A stretch of DNA of 64,000 nt from Felis catus (Eukaryota), in assembly GCF_018350175.1 (NCBI RefSeq), contig NC_058383.1:20276001-20340000 (forward strand). Direction: 5' to 3'. Of this stretch, positions 62,151-64,000 are shown piece by piece. The notes below the pieces were generated by a model. It made no database searches. It worked only from the letters and a program-made list of their open reading frames with translations, and was not told the DNA's origin. The translations under genes and the position numbers were made by a program. Each line of letters starts with the position of its first letter. Position 1 is the stretch's first letter.

Positions 62151-63741
62151 GAGACTGAATAATCCCTAACGCGCTATGATCTCAAATTTTAGACCATCGG
62201 CCTACATATCCGTATACGTATCCGCTTATCATCGTTCTAACCGCCCACCCGTTCATCCAGCCATGCCTCCATTCACCCATTCATTTATGAAGTTGCATTT
62301 AAGAAGAGATTGGAAGGAATGTGCGGATGTGAGAAAAGTGATCAGATACGGGCATAATGGGTGATTTTATCCCGCTTACCTTGTTCTGAATTTTCTGAAA
62401 TTATTACATCGTAGGTGCACTTATATAATCAGAAAAGAAGATGTTCCATTTAATTTTAAAAAGAGCAAGCCAACACACTTCAGTAATCTCCGTGATTGAG
62501 GGGGAGGCTGATTTGAATTAGCAACATCCTGAGTTATAGACTGTTTGCAAAAAGGATGTAGCTTTATTACATCTTGGACCTGCTTTAATGAATAGGTAGG
62601 AATGATTTATAATTACCCTAGTAATTGTTTGTATCTAATTGAATACGTGTAACGTGCTTGGGAACTTTCTTCCGTGCTTCCTAGCATCAGCTCGATTTCT
62701 CTGTTAGTATCGCGCATTCTTGAGTGGACAGAATCCACACTCGTGAGCTTTTATGGTAAACAAATCAAAATAAATGCTCGTGCTAATAGGAAAATGAAAC
62801 GCTACACGATTAGGGGAGAGGCATTGACCAACAGCAGGTATTTACTGGTGTGTGCTAGAGATGGGCCCGGGAATGACAGAACTTTCATCACACAGGAATG
62901 CAGAGAAGTATTTTTCTGTAGCCCACAGACACAAAGGGGTGAGACCCTAGACTCAAAGATACCGCCTACGTTCATTTCATCAATCCAGGAACACTTCCTG
63001 GAGGAGAGTGTGAATGCGTCTGACTCCCTCTTCTGTTTTATCTAAGAGCACATACTCTACAGCCTTCCCGCTCAACATGCCTCCCGTCACCCCCGGACCT
63101 TTGCATATGCTCTCCACCGTGTTCTCCTTGAGCCTCTCTCTTCCTTTCTTTTCTCTACTTCGTTCCTACTAATACTTCTCAGAGCTCACCGCCTGCAAAT
63201 ACCCCATCACACACCATGGACCTCTGTTGCAGGCACTCATCACAAGAACAACCTGACAACTCGCTAGGTGGAATTTTGGTTCTTGCCAATTTCCCCGATT
63301 AGAGTTCCATGGTGACAGTGTAACTTATCGTTTTGTTCCTTATCGATCCAGGGTTAAACACTGGGCTTGGCACAGAACAGGCACTCCGCGAACGTGTGGC
63401 GAACTCAGGGATAAGTGAAGGATTCAGCGAGGAGTCTGTGGCACAGAGATGTTAAGTAACTCGCTCGAGGCCCTGCAGCTAGAAGGATCGTCCCGCCTCC
63501 TTAGACATTTGTATTGTGAAAATAGAGAAAATAATAAGTGGCAATTCATGTTAATAAATAATGTTAGCGATGCCTAATAAAGATAGCTACCATTTGTTTT
63601 CTCAGGCTCTGGGCCAAGTTGCTTTATTACATTATTTGATTCTCACAGAACTTCTGTGGTTGGTTTCATTATCCATATCTTACAGGTAGAAGTTTGGGGA
63701 GTTAACTAATTTGGGGGAGGGGCTTATAGACGTTGTGGTTT

Positions 63742-64000
63742 TTGTTTTATTTTTTTCTCGAGTGTGATTTATTGTCAAATTGGTTTCCACACAACACCCA
63801 GCGTTCATCCCAACAGGTGCCCTCCTCGATGCCCATCACCCACTTTCCCCTCTCCCCCCATCCCCCATCAACCCTCAGTTCTCGGTACTTACGAGTGTCT
63901 TATCGTCTGCCTCCCTCCCTCTCTGTAACTTTTTTTTTCTCCTTCCCTTCCCCCATGGTCTTCTGTTAAGTTTCTCAAGAGCCACATGAGCGAAAACATA
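63742..64000 (-). mobile_element. Felid L1 3' UTR, continues beyond the window
   Basis: ATTGTCAAATTGGTTTCC...CCCCATGGTCTTCTGTTAAGTTTCTCAAGAGCCACATGAGCGAAAACATA. Confidence 0.93.

Noticed and set aside
1..64000. Protein-coding genes among the listed six-frame ORFs
   Set aside because: All ORFs are at most 203 aa, overlap on both strands, and many derive from SINE or simple-repeat sequence. None resembles a cellular protein I recognise and no consistent exon chain emerges. A short, divergent exon could still be missed.
1..64000. CRISPR array or other prokaryotic system
   Set aside because: The sequence is mammalian and has no regularly spaced repeat-spacer array; the recurring repeats are SINEs.

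Overview
This is 64 kb of mammalian, almost certainly felid (cat-family), non-coding DNA: a gene desert or the interior of a very large intron. About 35 carnivore Can-SINEs are present, five of them near-pristine copies of the felid SINEC_Fc type. There are also L1 relics (one near-complete ancient copy, one 5'-inverted copy, several 3' fragments), MaLR/ERVL/ERV1 solo LTRs, hAT DNA-transposon fossils, MIR/L2/L3 remnants, AT-rich islands and one CpG-island-like patch. I recognise no protein-coding exon, RNA gene, CRISPR array or intact retroviral gene; the only recognisable protein in the ORF track is L1 ORF2 C-terminus. The host locus cannot be named from sequence alone. The most unusual structures are: (1) a ~1.23 kb block of old genomic DNA inserted into an L3/CR1 fossil between ~110-bp direct repeats; (2) a SINE-spacer-SINE composite enclosed by one target-site duplication (TSD); (3) five copies of ATGAAAATA in 273 bp; (4) a local AT-to-GC substitution bias; (5) several non-repeat, motif-dense blocks that look like developmental enhancers. 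I found no convincing new biological system. Repeat subfamily names come from recalled consensus sequences, not a database search, and boundaries of old repeats are approximate.
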